Assembly: GCA_021399395.1 (NCBI GenBank)
Contig: JAAFKJ010000043.1
Span: 30,886-94,885, forward strand
Direction of reading: 5' to 3'
DNA length: 64,000 nt
Source: Candidatus Heimdallarchaeota archaeon
GTDB taxonomy: Archaea; Asgardarchaeota; Heimdallarchaeia; Heimdallarchaeales; Heimdallarchaeaceae
Below the pieces are notes generated by a model. That model searched no databases and had not been told where the DNA came from. It worked only from the letters and a program-made list of their open reading frames with translations. Positions 46,578 to 56,419 of the stretch are shown here, piece by piece (the stretch's first letter is position 1; each line of letters begins with the position of its first letter). The translations under genes and the position numbers were made by a program.

Positions 46578-48398
46578 CTACTTACCATTTTTCAAGTCTT
46601 CTTCAAAATCATGTAATATATCCATATCTTCTTGAAATATCTCATTATGTGCCCGAATATCCTCTGCAAAACGAACTCTAATGTAAATATAAAAATTCGT
46701 AGCTACTCTCTTAATAACCTCTGCAATTGTTTTAATTTTTATTAAAACTAAAACTACAATTCCAGTAAGAAAAAGCCACACTGGTAATAGATACACACCA
46801 TAAAATAATGGCCAATTGTTGAATATTCTTGGATTGGTGAGACTGTAATACTCATCAAGATTTGAGAAACCATCTCCGTCGGGATCTTGATTTGTACTAA
46901 CTTCAAGTGGGTCTAATCTGTATTCTATCTCCCAGTAATCTGGTAATAAGTCGTTATCTGTATCATTTTTGTACATATCCGTATGATAGTAATTTGATTC
47001 AATCAAATCATCCAGAAAATCTCCATCACTGTCAGGCCTACCATGGTGCATATAACTACCACCATAAGTCCACCAAGAACCTGTTGAATTTGTAGATTCT
47101 GTTAATTCAAAGCAGTAAACATCCTCCTGAACAGGTCTAGAAACAATCACCTCTAAATTGGAATCTAAATCAATATCAGTTATTAAGGGAGGTTCTTTAC
47201 TCATACTACCAAGATCTCTAAAAAGCATGAGTTGCCCCAGAACGTTCAAAACAACAAAATGACTTTCACCTTCACTAAACAAAGTTTCAAGTTTTCCATC
47301 ATTATCGATATCTACTAAGGCGGGACTTCCTACTCGCAATGTTGAATTAAAATTCCAAAGATCTTTACCTGTTGAATCAATACAAAAAACCTGACCTCTA
47401 CCTGTTTCCCAGTCATAACTACTAGATACAATTTCTAGCTTTCCATCATCATTCACATCTGCAATGCACGGGTCATAATACATTAGATTACTTCTGTTAT
47501 TCGCATGTTTTTGTTGATAAATCCATTCAATATTACCTTCATGATCAAAACAGTATAGTTTGACAATGTTTCCAATACAAATTTCCAAAGAGTCGTCATT
47601 ATCTAAATCAGCTATACTGAAAAGAGCATCTCCTCTTATTGTAGGACTAGCAATCCATTTTTGCTCTCCTTGTAGTGACATACAATGAAGTTTGTAATCA
47701 TTTCCAATCATAATAATTTCAATCTCACCATCGTAATCTAAGTCGGCTACAGTTGGCGCTCCTCCAAGCATATCTGTCCAAAATCCAGAGTAGTCTAGTT
47801 CAATATTGAATTCTTTGATAAATTCTCCATCATGATTCAAAAGAAATGGTTGGCTAGTGGTTTTTGCAGTTGAAACAAGAATATCTAAATGGCTATCACC
47901 ATCCATATCAAAAACACAGGGAGTAAAATCCTCTAGTTCATAATTAGCTGTATACTCCCATAATTTCCATCCTAAGGAGTTTATACAGATGATTGAAGAT
48001 CTCCCAGTTACAAGTACATCTGGAGCTCCATCCTCATTCAAATCCGCTATAACCATCTTACCCGTTAATGTACTTGTTAGATGAGTTTCCCATCTTAGAC
48101 TCCCATCGGAGTTTATACAATACAACTCGTGAGGTGTTGATATTAAGACCTCTTTGAACCCGTCTCTGTCTAAATCTGCAAGAAGTGGTGGTCCAACAAT
48201 CTCTTTACTAATGAGTCTTACCCAAGATGTTTCTAAATACTCCCTTCCAAAGAAGTCATCATCAAAACCTTTACTAGAAACAGGTTGATAGAATGTCGAT
48301 GATGATAGTACGAGTGCTAATAATAATGTAACTATAACGTTTAAACGTTTAAGATTTGAATTGTGCACTCTAACAACCACAGGAATATGTTCGTTCAA
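46578..48398 (-). CDS. FG-GAP/VCBS beta-propeller surface protein with Ca-binding DxDGD repeats and C-terminal TM
   Basis: Seven (A/F/V/T)D(L/M/V/I)xxDx..(E/D) repeats; DSDGD, DTDND and DPDGDG motifs. Confidence 0.8.
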   Translation of the reverse strand: MNEHIPVVVRVHNSNLKRLNVIVTLLLALVLSSSTFYQPVSSKGFDDDFFGREYLETSWVRLISKEIVGPPLLADLDRDGFKEVLISTPHELYCINSDGSLRWETHLTSTLTGKMVIADLNEDGAPDVLVTGRSSIICINSLGWKLWEYTANYELEDFTPCVFDMDGDSHLDILVSTAKTTSQPFLLNHDGEFIKEFNIELDYSGFWTDMLGGAPTVADLDYDGEIEIIMIGNDYKLHCMSLQGEQKWIASPTIRGDALFSIADLDNDDSLEICIGNIVKLYCFDHEGNIEWIYQQKHANNRSNLMYYDPCIADVNDDGKLEIVSSSYDWETGRGQVFCIDSTGKDLWNFNSTLRVGSPALVDIDNDGKLETLFSEGESHFVVLNVLGQLMLFRDLGSMSKEPPLITDIDLDSNLEVIVSRPVQEDVYCFELTESTNSTGSWWTYGGSYMHHGRPDSDGDFLDDLIESNYYHTDMYKNDTDNDLLPDYWEIEYRLDPLEVSTNQDPDGDGFSNLDEYYSLTNPRIFNNWPLFYGVYLLPVWLFLTGIVVLVLIKIKTIAEVIKRVATNFYIYIRVRFAEDIRAHNEIFQEDMDILHDFEEDLKNGK

Positions 48399-48441
48399 AC
48401 AGTTAAAAATTTACTTAAAAGAACATGAATTTTATCTCTGC

Positions 48442-48729
48442 TTACCCCCCAGCTATCGCTGGCATTAAAACAACCATGTCATCTTCACATAATTTTGTAT
48501 TAAGACCATCTAGTAAGTTAATATTACGTGCATTAACAATGATTCTGTAAATCTTACGAATTTCACCTTTATCATTAAATAACTCTTGTTCAAGTTCAAG
48601 GCCAAATTCTTTGATAAGTTTAGATATCAGATCCTTGACTAAAGTGGCTTCATAAGAAAATTGTTTCTTTCCTATAATCTTTTTTAATCTAGCAAAAGTA
48701 ACAACGTTTACTCTAACCATTTGGATCAC
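48442..48729 (-). CDS. MoaD/ThiS/SAMP ubiquitin-like sulfur carrier
   Basis: FARL, I.VN.RNI..L.GL.T.L, C-terminal AGG. Confidence 0.88.
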   Translation of the reverse strand: MIQMVRVNVVTFARLKKIIGKKQFSYEATLVKDLISKLIKEFGLELEQELFNDKGEIRKIYRIIVNARNINLLDGLNTKLCEDDMVVLMPAIAGG

Positions 48730-48787
48730 ATATTGATATTGTCTTTTTGTGTTCTTGATATTATCTACTAAACTAGAAATAAAAATA

Positions 48788-50731
48788 TTATCTTTTGCTT
48801 GGAAAAATCATTTTTGCAATATCTTCAATCATGATTTTTGAATCAGATACTAAAGCTTTAGAGCATTTCATTGCTTTTATCAGATTTTCCCATACTGAGG
48901 TAGAAGTTCCAATGATTTTTGCAAATGCTTCTAATTTTTGAGATGCAGCGTAAGTTTGTCCTTTTATTACATAACCAAAAAACATGGGTTTCTTTGGTTT
49001 GAGCAAGACTGTATATTCCTGATGCTTTATTCTTTCTACTGATCCTTTAGAAGAAAATGTTTCATTGCAAAAATTGATTATTGCTGCAAGAAACCCTCCC
49101 ACTAAAACTCCATCTAACTCACTACCTTCCAGAAAATTCTTGGTGTATAATGGAGTTCCTGAATCTGCTAGTATGAGGAGCATAACAGGTTCTTCGTTAA
49201 TTAATTGAGGAAATTCAATATCTCCCTTATTACTCAAACTTACCATTAATTCTCCAAATCTTGTTAGTTCTAATCTGTCTTTTAAGCATGCATTTTTGTT
49301 GATTAGGTCTTCCCAATCACTGAGCTGCTCCAACATTACGTCATGTTCGTTCGAAATCTTCATTGCTAGATGTTTGAGATTTTTGTCCTCAGCTATTTGT
49401 TCAGCTTGTGTTAGTAAAATCCTAGCTTTTACTAAATCTAAGTCAATCAGAGCTAGTTGGCTTTGTAGTAAGTATGTTTTTGTGAGTAAAGTAAATGAAT
49501 TTTGATGTTCTGCAATTTCTGATAGGCTTTCTATCATGTTTTTAATCAAATCTAGTAATTCTTGATCTCCAGACATCTTGAGTTCTTCGAGAAGAAGTTC
49601 AATAAAATTGAGGAGTGCAGTAATTGTTAGAGAATGATCCAACACATCTTCTTCTAAAATTCCTTGAAATAATTCTTGTGCTCGGACTTTATCTTTCATT
49701 CTGCTACTGCTTTTTAGATAATAAGCTTCTGCAACTCGACTAATCTGATCGATAAAATCACTTTTATCTTCTCTTTGAATTTCCAAAATTCTGTCTAAGT
49801 ATCTCTTTGCTCTTTCTTTCATCTGGGCATCTAAAGACACGGTAACTAAACCATACAATGATAGGACAATATCTGCTTTATTGCCAATTTTTTCTCTTAG
49901 GTATAAACTCTCTTTATAGTATAATGTTGATGTTTCCCAATCTCCTCTCTGTTGATAAATATCGCCGATATTACAGAGAACTAGTGCTGTATATTGGTTA
50001 TTACCTGTACTTTCCCACAATCTGAGACATTGTTTGAAGTTGTCCAAAGCTTTGTCAATTTCGCCTGTGTAAAGGTAGATATTTCCTATGTTGTTTACAA
50101 TAGTGGCAATGTCATCTTCGTTACCAATCTCTTTGTAAATAGTCAAACTTTGGTCATAATATTCCAATGCTTTATCTAATTCTCCTTTGGTTCTGTATAG
50201 CACTCCTATATTGTTTAATATTGTACTAATTTCTTTTTGATCGTTAAGTACATTCCAGATTTTCAGGCTCTCCGAATACAATTCCAGTGCTTTTTCATGA
50301 TTTCCTTTAGATTGATAGATTACTCCTTTCAATTTGATTGTACTAGCTTGTCGCTTTTTGACTTCTTTCTTCTCTTTTCTTTCAATACTAGAAAGGATTT
50401 CATCATTTTGTTTGAGAATTTCTAGTGCTTGATTAAGTCTCCCAAGTCTCCAAAGAGAATAGGCTTTCTCAATAATTGCATCCATGTGAATAAAATAGAG
50501 ATTGTTGGTTTTACTTCTCTGGGATGTTGATTCTAATAATTCAAGAGCTTGAGAGTATTTTCCTAATTTATTTAAAATCGTGCTCTTACATACTTGACAA
50601 CTAAGCTGTTCCTTAGTAGGGAGTTTTTCGGATTTCTCAAGAGTCTCCACTAGGTGAAGCGCTTCTTCATACTTTCCTTTAACAATTAGTTGATCAGCTC
50701 TATCAAGCTGACTTGAATTTGAACCAACCAT
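48788..50731 (-). CDS. TPR protein with C-terminal longin-like domain
   Basis: LNNIG..Y...GE.DKAL repeats; C-terminal LLILADSG.PLY...F...L.GGFL.AI..F. Confidence 0.78.
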   Translation of the reverse strand: MVGSNSSQLDRADQLIVKGKYEEALHLVETLEKSEKLPTKEQLSCQVCKSTILNKLGKYSQALELLESTSQRSKTNNLYFIHMDAIIEKAYSLWRLGRLNQALEILKQNDEILSSIERKEKKEVKKRQASTIKLKGVIYQSKGNHEKALELYSESLKIWNVLNDQKEISTILNNIGVLYRTKGELDKALEYYDQSLTIYKEIGNEDDIATIVNNIGNIYLYTGEIDKALDNFKQCLRLWESTGNNQYTALVLCNIGDIYQQRGDWETSTLYYKESLYLREKIGNKADIVLSLYGLVTVSLDAQMKERAKRYLDRILEIQREDKSDFIDQISRVAEAYYLKSSSRMKDKVRAQELFQGILEEDVLDHSLTITALLNFIELLLEELKMSGDQELLDLIKNMIESLSEIAEHQNSFTLLTKTYLLQSQLALIDLDLVKARILLTQAEQIAEDKNLKHLAMKISNEHDVMLEQLSDWEDLINKNACLKDRLELTRFGELMVSLSNKGDIEFPQLINEEPVMLLILADSGTPLYTKNFLEGSELDGVLVGGFLAAIINFCNETFSSKGSVERIKHQEYTVLLKPKKPMFFGYVIKGQTYAASQKLEAFAKIIGTSTSVWENLIKAMKCSKALVSDSKIMIEDIAKMIFPSKR

Positions 50732-50812
50732 GGAACCCCTAATAAAATATATGTCATTTACAATTAATAAACTTACGAAGAGGGTAATGTCAAATAAACG
50801 ATTTCACAACTC

Positions 50813-51061
50813 TCATTTTTCGGAAAATTTCTCTCGCAGAATCTTCATGGCTTCAGTACACGATAACTCCTCAAGCTCTTTAGCAGACTTGAAGTGTTTT
50901 TCACAAAACCATTCAGCATATGGAGGGTGACCAACAGATCCTTTTCTTTCCATTTCCTCCTCCCACTCAATATCCCATTTAGTTTTCTTAAAATAGATTA
51001 CATCACCTTCATCTGATGGAGTAAATCTTGTGTCACAAATAATACAAATTGGAGGTTTCAT
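50813..51061 (-). CDS. Small putative zinc-binding protein
   Basis: CIIC...GHPP..EWFCEKH. Confidence 0.6.
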   Translation of the reverse strand: MKPPICIICDTRFTPSDEGDVIYFKKTKWDIEWEEEMERKGSVGHPPYAEWFCEKHFKSAKELEELSCTEAMKILREKFSEK

Positions 51062-51104
51062 TGTTCTTCAAATGGTACTTTATTATATAAAAATTTGGAA
51101 AACA

Positions 51105-51988
51105 TCACTCTAATCTTACACTTCTTCTAATGGCAGTCATAGTTTCAGTTGCCATTAATCTATTATTTGGGTCCTCATCATTTCTTGCAATTTCACCAAG
51201 TATTCCAATCGCTTGAGGTTCCTTCAGAACCCCAATATTACTTATTGCCTCAAATCTTACTCTAGAATGTGCATCATCCAATGCTCTCAAATTAATTTCG
51301 TACATATTTGGATCTTCTATTTCCCCAATATCAATTAATTTCCTTAACTCCTGAAGAGCAAGTAATCTTATTTCCCAATCTTCATCTTCATAGGCTTTTT
51401 CTAAATGAGGAATTGGATTACCTTCAACTCTATAAGTTAAGAATTCAACCACTACTTCTCTTACTAGTTTATTCATGTCTAAGATGAACCTAGCAACCAG
51501 AGAAGCCGGGACTTTAATGGGAAATTGCAGCAATGTAGTCTTGGATTCTTTCCTGACGGATTCTGAGCCATCTTTTAAGGATTCAAATAATGGCTCAATC
51601 ATAGCCATATCATTGAAATTCTTTAGTTCTTTAGCTGATGAATAACGAACCTGTGGGTGTTCATCTCTAAGGCCAAATATAAGAAAACGGACAGTATCTG
51701 GATTTCCATGTTTACCTAGTGATGAAACTGATGCTGCTCTCACTTTCCAATCTGAGTCTTCTAATGCTTGTGCTAAAGCTACTGAAGATTTGCTGAATTC
51801 TACCTCACCAAGAATTTCTGCAGCATAACTTCTAACATCCGCATCTTTATCCTTTAATGATTGGATAATTGCTTGTATCGCTAATTCATGATTCTTGTGA
51901 GGAACCAATTGTTCTAAAGCCAGCTGTCTAAGAGCTGGATTGTCATTTGATAGAAGTTTAGTAATTTGTTGGATTTGATCGTCAGACA
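51105..51988 (-). CDS. HEAT/PBS-lyase repeat protein
   Basis: Repeated L.D....VR..AA..LG; start taken at MSDDQ. Confidence 0.85.
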
Positions 51989-52142
51989 TTTTCTTACCTC
52001 TTTGTGGTATAATTACTAAAGAAAATAAGTAGTTTTGAAATTTAAGAGTAGTGGAAGTATTAAGATACAAACAACTTTTATTGCAAAGTTTTATATAAAA
52101 ATGAAGAAACTCTAATTATCATTATAGAACTAAAGACTTGAA

Positions 52143-53588
52143 GTGCTCATTACAATGCTTACTAACAGACAGAAAATGTACTATGCGATGTGTAGATTTG
52201 GTTCTACTATCTTACTCAATGTAGTTCTTGTTGCTACTTTCTGGATGTATACTAATCAAGTTGAACTTGATCCAATCCTAAATGGTGTTGGTAACGCTGT
52301 AGGAAAATTAGTGATAGGTATTTCTTCTGTTGTGTTTGGTTATTTGTCAGACTCTCTTTCCTCCTCTAAAGCCAGGCTAGGTAGAAGAAAATTGTTTATT
52401 TGGACTGGTGCCCCTATACTGGCATTTTCTTTTGTTATGCTTTTTACTCCCCAATTCTTTATCCCTGATGGTGGTCAAACTATAAAATTTATTTGGTTAC
52501 TTGCTTGGAATGCAACATTTCATCTATTTTACGGTTATCTACTTATTCCATTTCAAAGTTGGATGCCTGAAATTACCACTGAAGAAGAACGAGTTCAAGT
52601 ATCTGGTCTGCAAAATACAGTTAACCTTATTGGTAGTGCAGTAGGTTCTGGTTTTGTTCTTATTATGTCTGGTTTCATAAGTAAAGATCCCGAAGGAATT
52701 ACCGGTACTGCTGGAACTTATCTTCTTATTTTTGCTCTAGCCTTTGCAGTTATTGAAATCTTGTTTTTCTTGCCTGCACTATTAAAGATTAAAGAGAAGA
52801 AAATTGTTCATGAAAAACGTAAAATGTTCGAAGAAATGAAGGTTGCTTTGAGAAACCGTAATTATATGATTTGGGTGGGAAGTTTTACTATTTTAAACGT
52901 TGGAGTAACATTACTCACAGCCTTATTGATTGATTTTCTTGAAAAAGTTTTAGGAGTTGTAAGTGCTATGCAAAAATTCCTATTTGGCGTGAGTATGTTT
53001 CTTGTCATTATTGTCAGTTTCATTTTCTGGACGAGGTTTTCAAAACGATATGGTAAGAAATGGTCACTGATTTTTTCATTTTCCTTTCTATTACTATGGA
53101 TGCCCTTAACACCTTTAGTAGGTCGTATCCCTGGGATTCCTCCAATTGTTCAAGGATATGTTTTCGGGATTGTTGCATTGTTTGGAATGTCCTCTGCTTA
53201 TCTGTTTCCATACGCTATTTTAGCAGATTTTGCAGATGCGGATGAAAGAAAAACAGCAAAAAATAGGTCTGGGATGTACACAGGATTCAAAAGTTTACCC
53301 TTTAACATTGCTCAAGCAGCTGGTTTCATACTTGCAGGTTTTCTACGTGGTTGGTCGAAAGAAAGAATATTGGGCTACGCGGGTGATGGATTTGTAGGAA
53401 ATTGGATTGATAATGTTGGTGAGACAATTAATATAGGGCTTCTCTGGCTAGGACCAATAGTTACGATCTTCTTATTCCTCGCTATTCCTATAATCTGGCA
53501 AGGGGATTTTGATCCATTCATGAAGGATGAGATGGTAAAGAAGACTTCAATATTCAAACAAATATTTAATAAAAATAATTCAAAATAA
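52143..53588 (+). CDS. MFS transporter (MelB/GPH family)
   Basis: GYLSD...LGRRK, PEIT....ER, D.DE....RSGMY.G. Confidence 0.88.
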   Translation: MLITMLTNRQKMYYAMCRFGSTILLNVVLVATFWMYTNQVELDPILNGVGNAVGKLVIGISSVVFGYLSDSLSSSKARLGRRKLFIWTGAPILAFSFVMLFTPQFFIPDGGQTIKFIWLLAWNATFHLFYGYLLIPFQSWMPEITTEEERVQVSGLQNTVNLIGSAVGSGFVLIMSGFISKDPEGITGTAGTYLLIFALAFAVIEILFFLPALLKIKEKKIVHEKRKMFEEMKVALRNRNYMIWVGSFTILNVGVTLLTALLIDFLEKVLGVVSAMQKFLFGVSMFLVIIVSFIFWTRFSKRYGKKWSLIFSFSFLLLWMPLTPLVGRIPGIPPIVQGYVFGIVALFGMSSAYLFPYAILADFADADERKTAKNRSGMYTGFKSLPFNIAQAAGFILAGFLRGWSKERILGYAGDGFVGNWIDNVGETINIGLLWLGPIVTIFLFLAIPIIWQGDFDPFMKDEMVKKTSIFKQIFNKNNSK

Positions 53589-53603
53589 TTAAGAAAAGAG
53601 AGA

Positions 53604-53726
53604 TTAGTAATTGAATATACCATATTCAGCTGCTTGAGTTAGCTGATTGATTCTGCTTAATTCGTTTGCTAACCTTTGATTTTGTTTGTGATTTTTTTGT
53701 TTTTGAGTTTTGATTTTTGCTGCCAT
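53604..53726 (-). CDS. Unannotated 40-aa small protein MAAKIKTQKQKNHKQNQRLANELSRINQLTQAAEYGIFNY
   Basis: Open ATG..TAA frame with an upstream AGGTG SD-like motif in an otherwise empty intergenic region. Confidence 0.5.
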   Translation of the reverse strand: MAAKIKTQKQKNHKQNQRLANELSRINQLTQAAEYGIFNY

Positions 53727-53951
53727 TTTTTTTGCACCTAATATTACATAAAATGCGCATTTATTAAGCATTTATTTAATTAATTCGAATAATCGTTAAA
53801 CTAAGAGGTCAAAACACATAACCCGAATTTAAAACTAGTAAGTTTTGTAATTAAATTGCATAGATGAAACGTGTATGAATTAAACCGAAAGGTTAAAGCT
53901 TGAAAGATGGATGTCTCACAAAGTTTAAGACACAATTAGAAAAGTAAACTT

Positions 53952-54758
53952 ATGAAAGAATGGATGCTGATTTCTTGGAATGTGAATGGAATCCGAGCCG
54001 TTTCCAAAAAAGAAGTGAATGAAAACCTGATTTTCAATGAATGGTTGCATAAGATTTCACCCGATGCATTATGTCTGCAAGAAACAAAAGCTCACCCTGA
54101 ACAACTAACAGCTAAACTTCTCAATCCTCAGGGTTTTGTAAGTAATTGGTCTTCAGCCGAAAGAAAGGGTTATAGTGGTGTAGTAACTTATTCCAAAATC
54201 AAACCCATGAGATTGAACTCTACTCTACCTGCTGATAAATACAATAATGAAGGGAGATTGATGGAAACAGAATTCCCCGATTTTGTTTTATTGAATGTCT
54301 ACTTTCCTAATGGGAAGCTTAATGCTGAACGACTTAGGTACAAAATGGGTTTTTATGATGCATTTCTTGAGCATGTAATAAACTTAAGAAATGAAGGAAA
54401 GTCTGTAATTATTTGCGGAGATGTAAATACTGCACATACAGAGATTGATCTTACTCATCCCAAAAGCAATCAAGATGTATCAGGTTTCTTGCCAAAAGAA
54501 CGAAAGTGGATTGACAAGTTAATTTCTATTGGATTTATAGACACATTTCGACATCTCAATAAAGAACCAGAAAACTATACGTGGTGGTCCGCAAGGGCTA
54601 TTGTGAAAGGCGTTACTGCGAGAGAAAGAAATGTAGGCTGGAGAATTGACTACTTCTATGTTTCAGATGATCTAATTGATAAAGTATCTGAGTCCTATAT
54701 GCTTAAGGATGTAATGGGTTCAGATCATTGTCCAATCGTACTCAAATTGAAAGTCTAA
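53952..54758 (+). CDS. xth: Exodeoxyribonuclease III / AP endonuclease
   Basis: SWNVNG, LQETK, GYSGV, GDVN.AH, WRIDY, SDHCP. Confidence 0.95.
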   Translation: MKEWMLISWNVNGIRAVSKKEVNENLIFNEWLHKISPDALCLQETKAHPEQLTAKLLNPQGFVSNWSSAERKGYSGVVTYSKIKPMRLNSTLPADKYNNEGRLMETEFPDFVLLNVYFPNGKLNAERLRYKMGFYDAFLEHVINLRNEGKSVIICGDVNTAHTEIDLTHPKSNQDVSGFLPKERKWIDKLISIGFIDTFRHLNKEPENYTWWSARAIVKGVTARERNVGWRIDYFYVSDDLIDKVSESYMLKDVMGSDHCPIVLKLKV

Positions 54759-54826
54759 GAGCTGAATTGTCTGTTTATTAGGACATGGGACACAATACTT
54801 ATTTTTGTTTATCTTTTCTTTTTGCT

Positions 54827-55618
54827 ATGTTTGAAATAGTGAAGTTAGAAGATATCGACATTCAGAAATTTTGGGACTATGTCCTCAAAGATATCCCTGG
54901 GTATTTCTTCTTCATACTTGATCAAAAACAATATCCAGAGAGTAGTCAATTCTTGATTGCTTTAGAAGAAGAAAATATAGTGGGGATATGTCTAATTTGG
55001 CAAAAGAGCATTGTACATGTCCGTTGTCATGATGAGGAAATTGTGAAAGCTCTATATGATGCTATACCAAAAGATCTTACGATTACACAAATTAATTTTC
55101 CAATTCAACATAAAGAACTATTACATAGCTTAGTTCCAAAACCAAAATACAATATCTCACAACACAGAATGTTACTAAAAAAAGAGAACATGATTCCTAG
55201 ATTTCAATTAGATAAACCTTTTACTCAAAGAGTTTTAACTAAAGAAGATGCTGAAGAAATTGCAAAACTATGTGCAAAAGCTGACCCATTTTATTGGGGT
55301 AAAATGAAGGCTGAAATTTTCGTTTTTAATGAGAATCAGATTTATACAGGTTTATTCGACGGTAAGAAACTAATTTCTTTCACATTGGCATGGATTGATG
55401 CATCTGCCGCCATCATTTCAACAGCAGCAACACTTCCAAAATATCAAAATCAAGGATTAGCAACATATCTGGTTAATGAAAGTGTTCATAGGATGATGGA
55501 AGATACTGAAATAGCCATTATACATGTTGTTACAGATAATGCACCTGCAATCAAAGTATATTCCAAAGTGGGATACGAAGTATATGCGACCTATGAAATG
55601 GTGGGAATTGGAGATTAA
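54827..55618 (+). CDS. GNAT acetyltransferase (FR47-like)
   Basis: AT.PKYQNQGLA, N.PA..VY.KVGY. Confidence 0.85.
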   Translation: MFEIVKLEDIDIQKFWDYVLKDIPGYFFFILDQKQYPESSQFLIALEEENIVGICLIWQKSIVHVRCHDEEIVKALYDAIPKDLTITQINFPIQHKELLHSLVPKPKYNISQHRMLLKKENMIPRFQLDKPFTQRVLTKEDAEEIAKLCAKADPFYWGKMKAEIFVFNENQIYTGLFDGKKLISFTLAWIDASAAIISTAATLPKYQNQGLATYLVNESVHRMMEDTEIAIIHVVTDNAPAIKVYSKVGYEVYATYEMVGIGD

Positions 55619-55624
55619 CATTAC

Positions 55625-56410
55625 ATGACAGATATTGAAGAATTGAATGAAAATAACATAGAAAAATTCTGGGATTATGTTCTTAGAGATGTTCCTTTAT
55701 ACTTTTTCTTCATCCTAGACTTGAAACAGTATCCTGAAGAATGTCGTTTCTTCTTAGCGCTGGAGAATGGCAGTATAGTTGGTTTGTGTCTCATATGGAA
55801 AAATCATATTGCTCATGTACGGGGGCATAATTCTGATGTTGTGAGATCTCTCTTTGAAACAATTCCAAAAGATATTCCTGTTAAAGAGATAAACTTTGAG
55901 TACAAATATACAGAGTTATTGAGTGAGTTGGTCCCCAATCCAAAACATGAGATATTCTTACACAGAATGAAGTTGAATAAGGAAAAAATGATTCCTCGAT
56001 TCATTTTAGATAACCAATATCTACAACGAGTCTTAACAGAATCAGATGCACCTATAATTGCAAAACTTCTAGCAAAAGCAGATCCTAAATTTTGGGGTGA
56101 CGTCAATCCTAATGATTTTACTTTTGATGAGAGCCAGATTTATGTTGGACTATTTGATAAGAAGAAATTGATTTCATATACCTTAACTTGGATGGATGAA
56201 GAAGCAGCGATTATAGCAACTGCTGCAACACATCCAAAATATCAAAATAAAGGACTTGCATCATATTTAGTTAATGAAAGTATCCATACAATGATGGACC
56301 ATACAGAAATTGCGATTATACACGTGATGACTGAGAACAAACCAGCATTGAGAGTATACTCGAAAGTGGGGTATGAAGTATATGCAACATTTGTAATGGT
56401 TGAATTATGA
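55625..56410 (+). CDS. GNAT acetyltransferase, tandem paralog
   Basis: ATHPKYQNKGLA; collinear with the upstream gene. Confidence 0.85.
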   Translation: MTDIEELNENNIEKFWDYVLRDVPLYFFFILDLKQYPEECRFFLALENGSIVGLCLIWKNHIAHVRGHNSDVVRSLFETIPKDIPVKEINFEYKYTELLSELVPNPKHEIFLHRMKLNKEKMIPRFILDNQYLQRVLTESDAPIIAKLLAKADPKFWGDVNPNDFTFDESQIYVGLFDKKKLISYTLTWMDEEAAIIATAATHPKYQNKGLASYLVNESIHTMMDHTEIAIIHVMTENKPALRVYSKVGYEVYATFVMVEL

Positions 56411-56419
56411 AAAAATAAA

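Noticed and set aside
48442-48729. Eukaryote-type ubiquitin system
   Set aside because: The sequence is MoaD/SAMP-like near aor, with no E1/E2/RING genes nearby.
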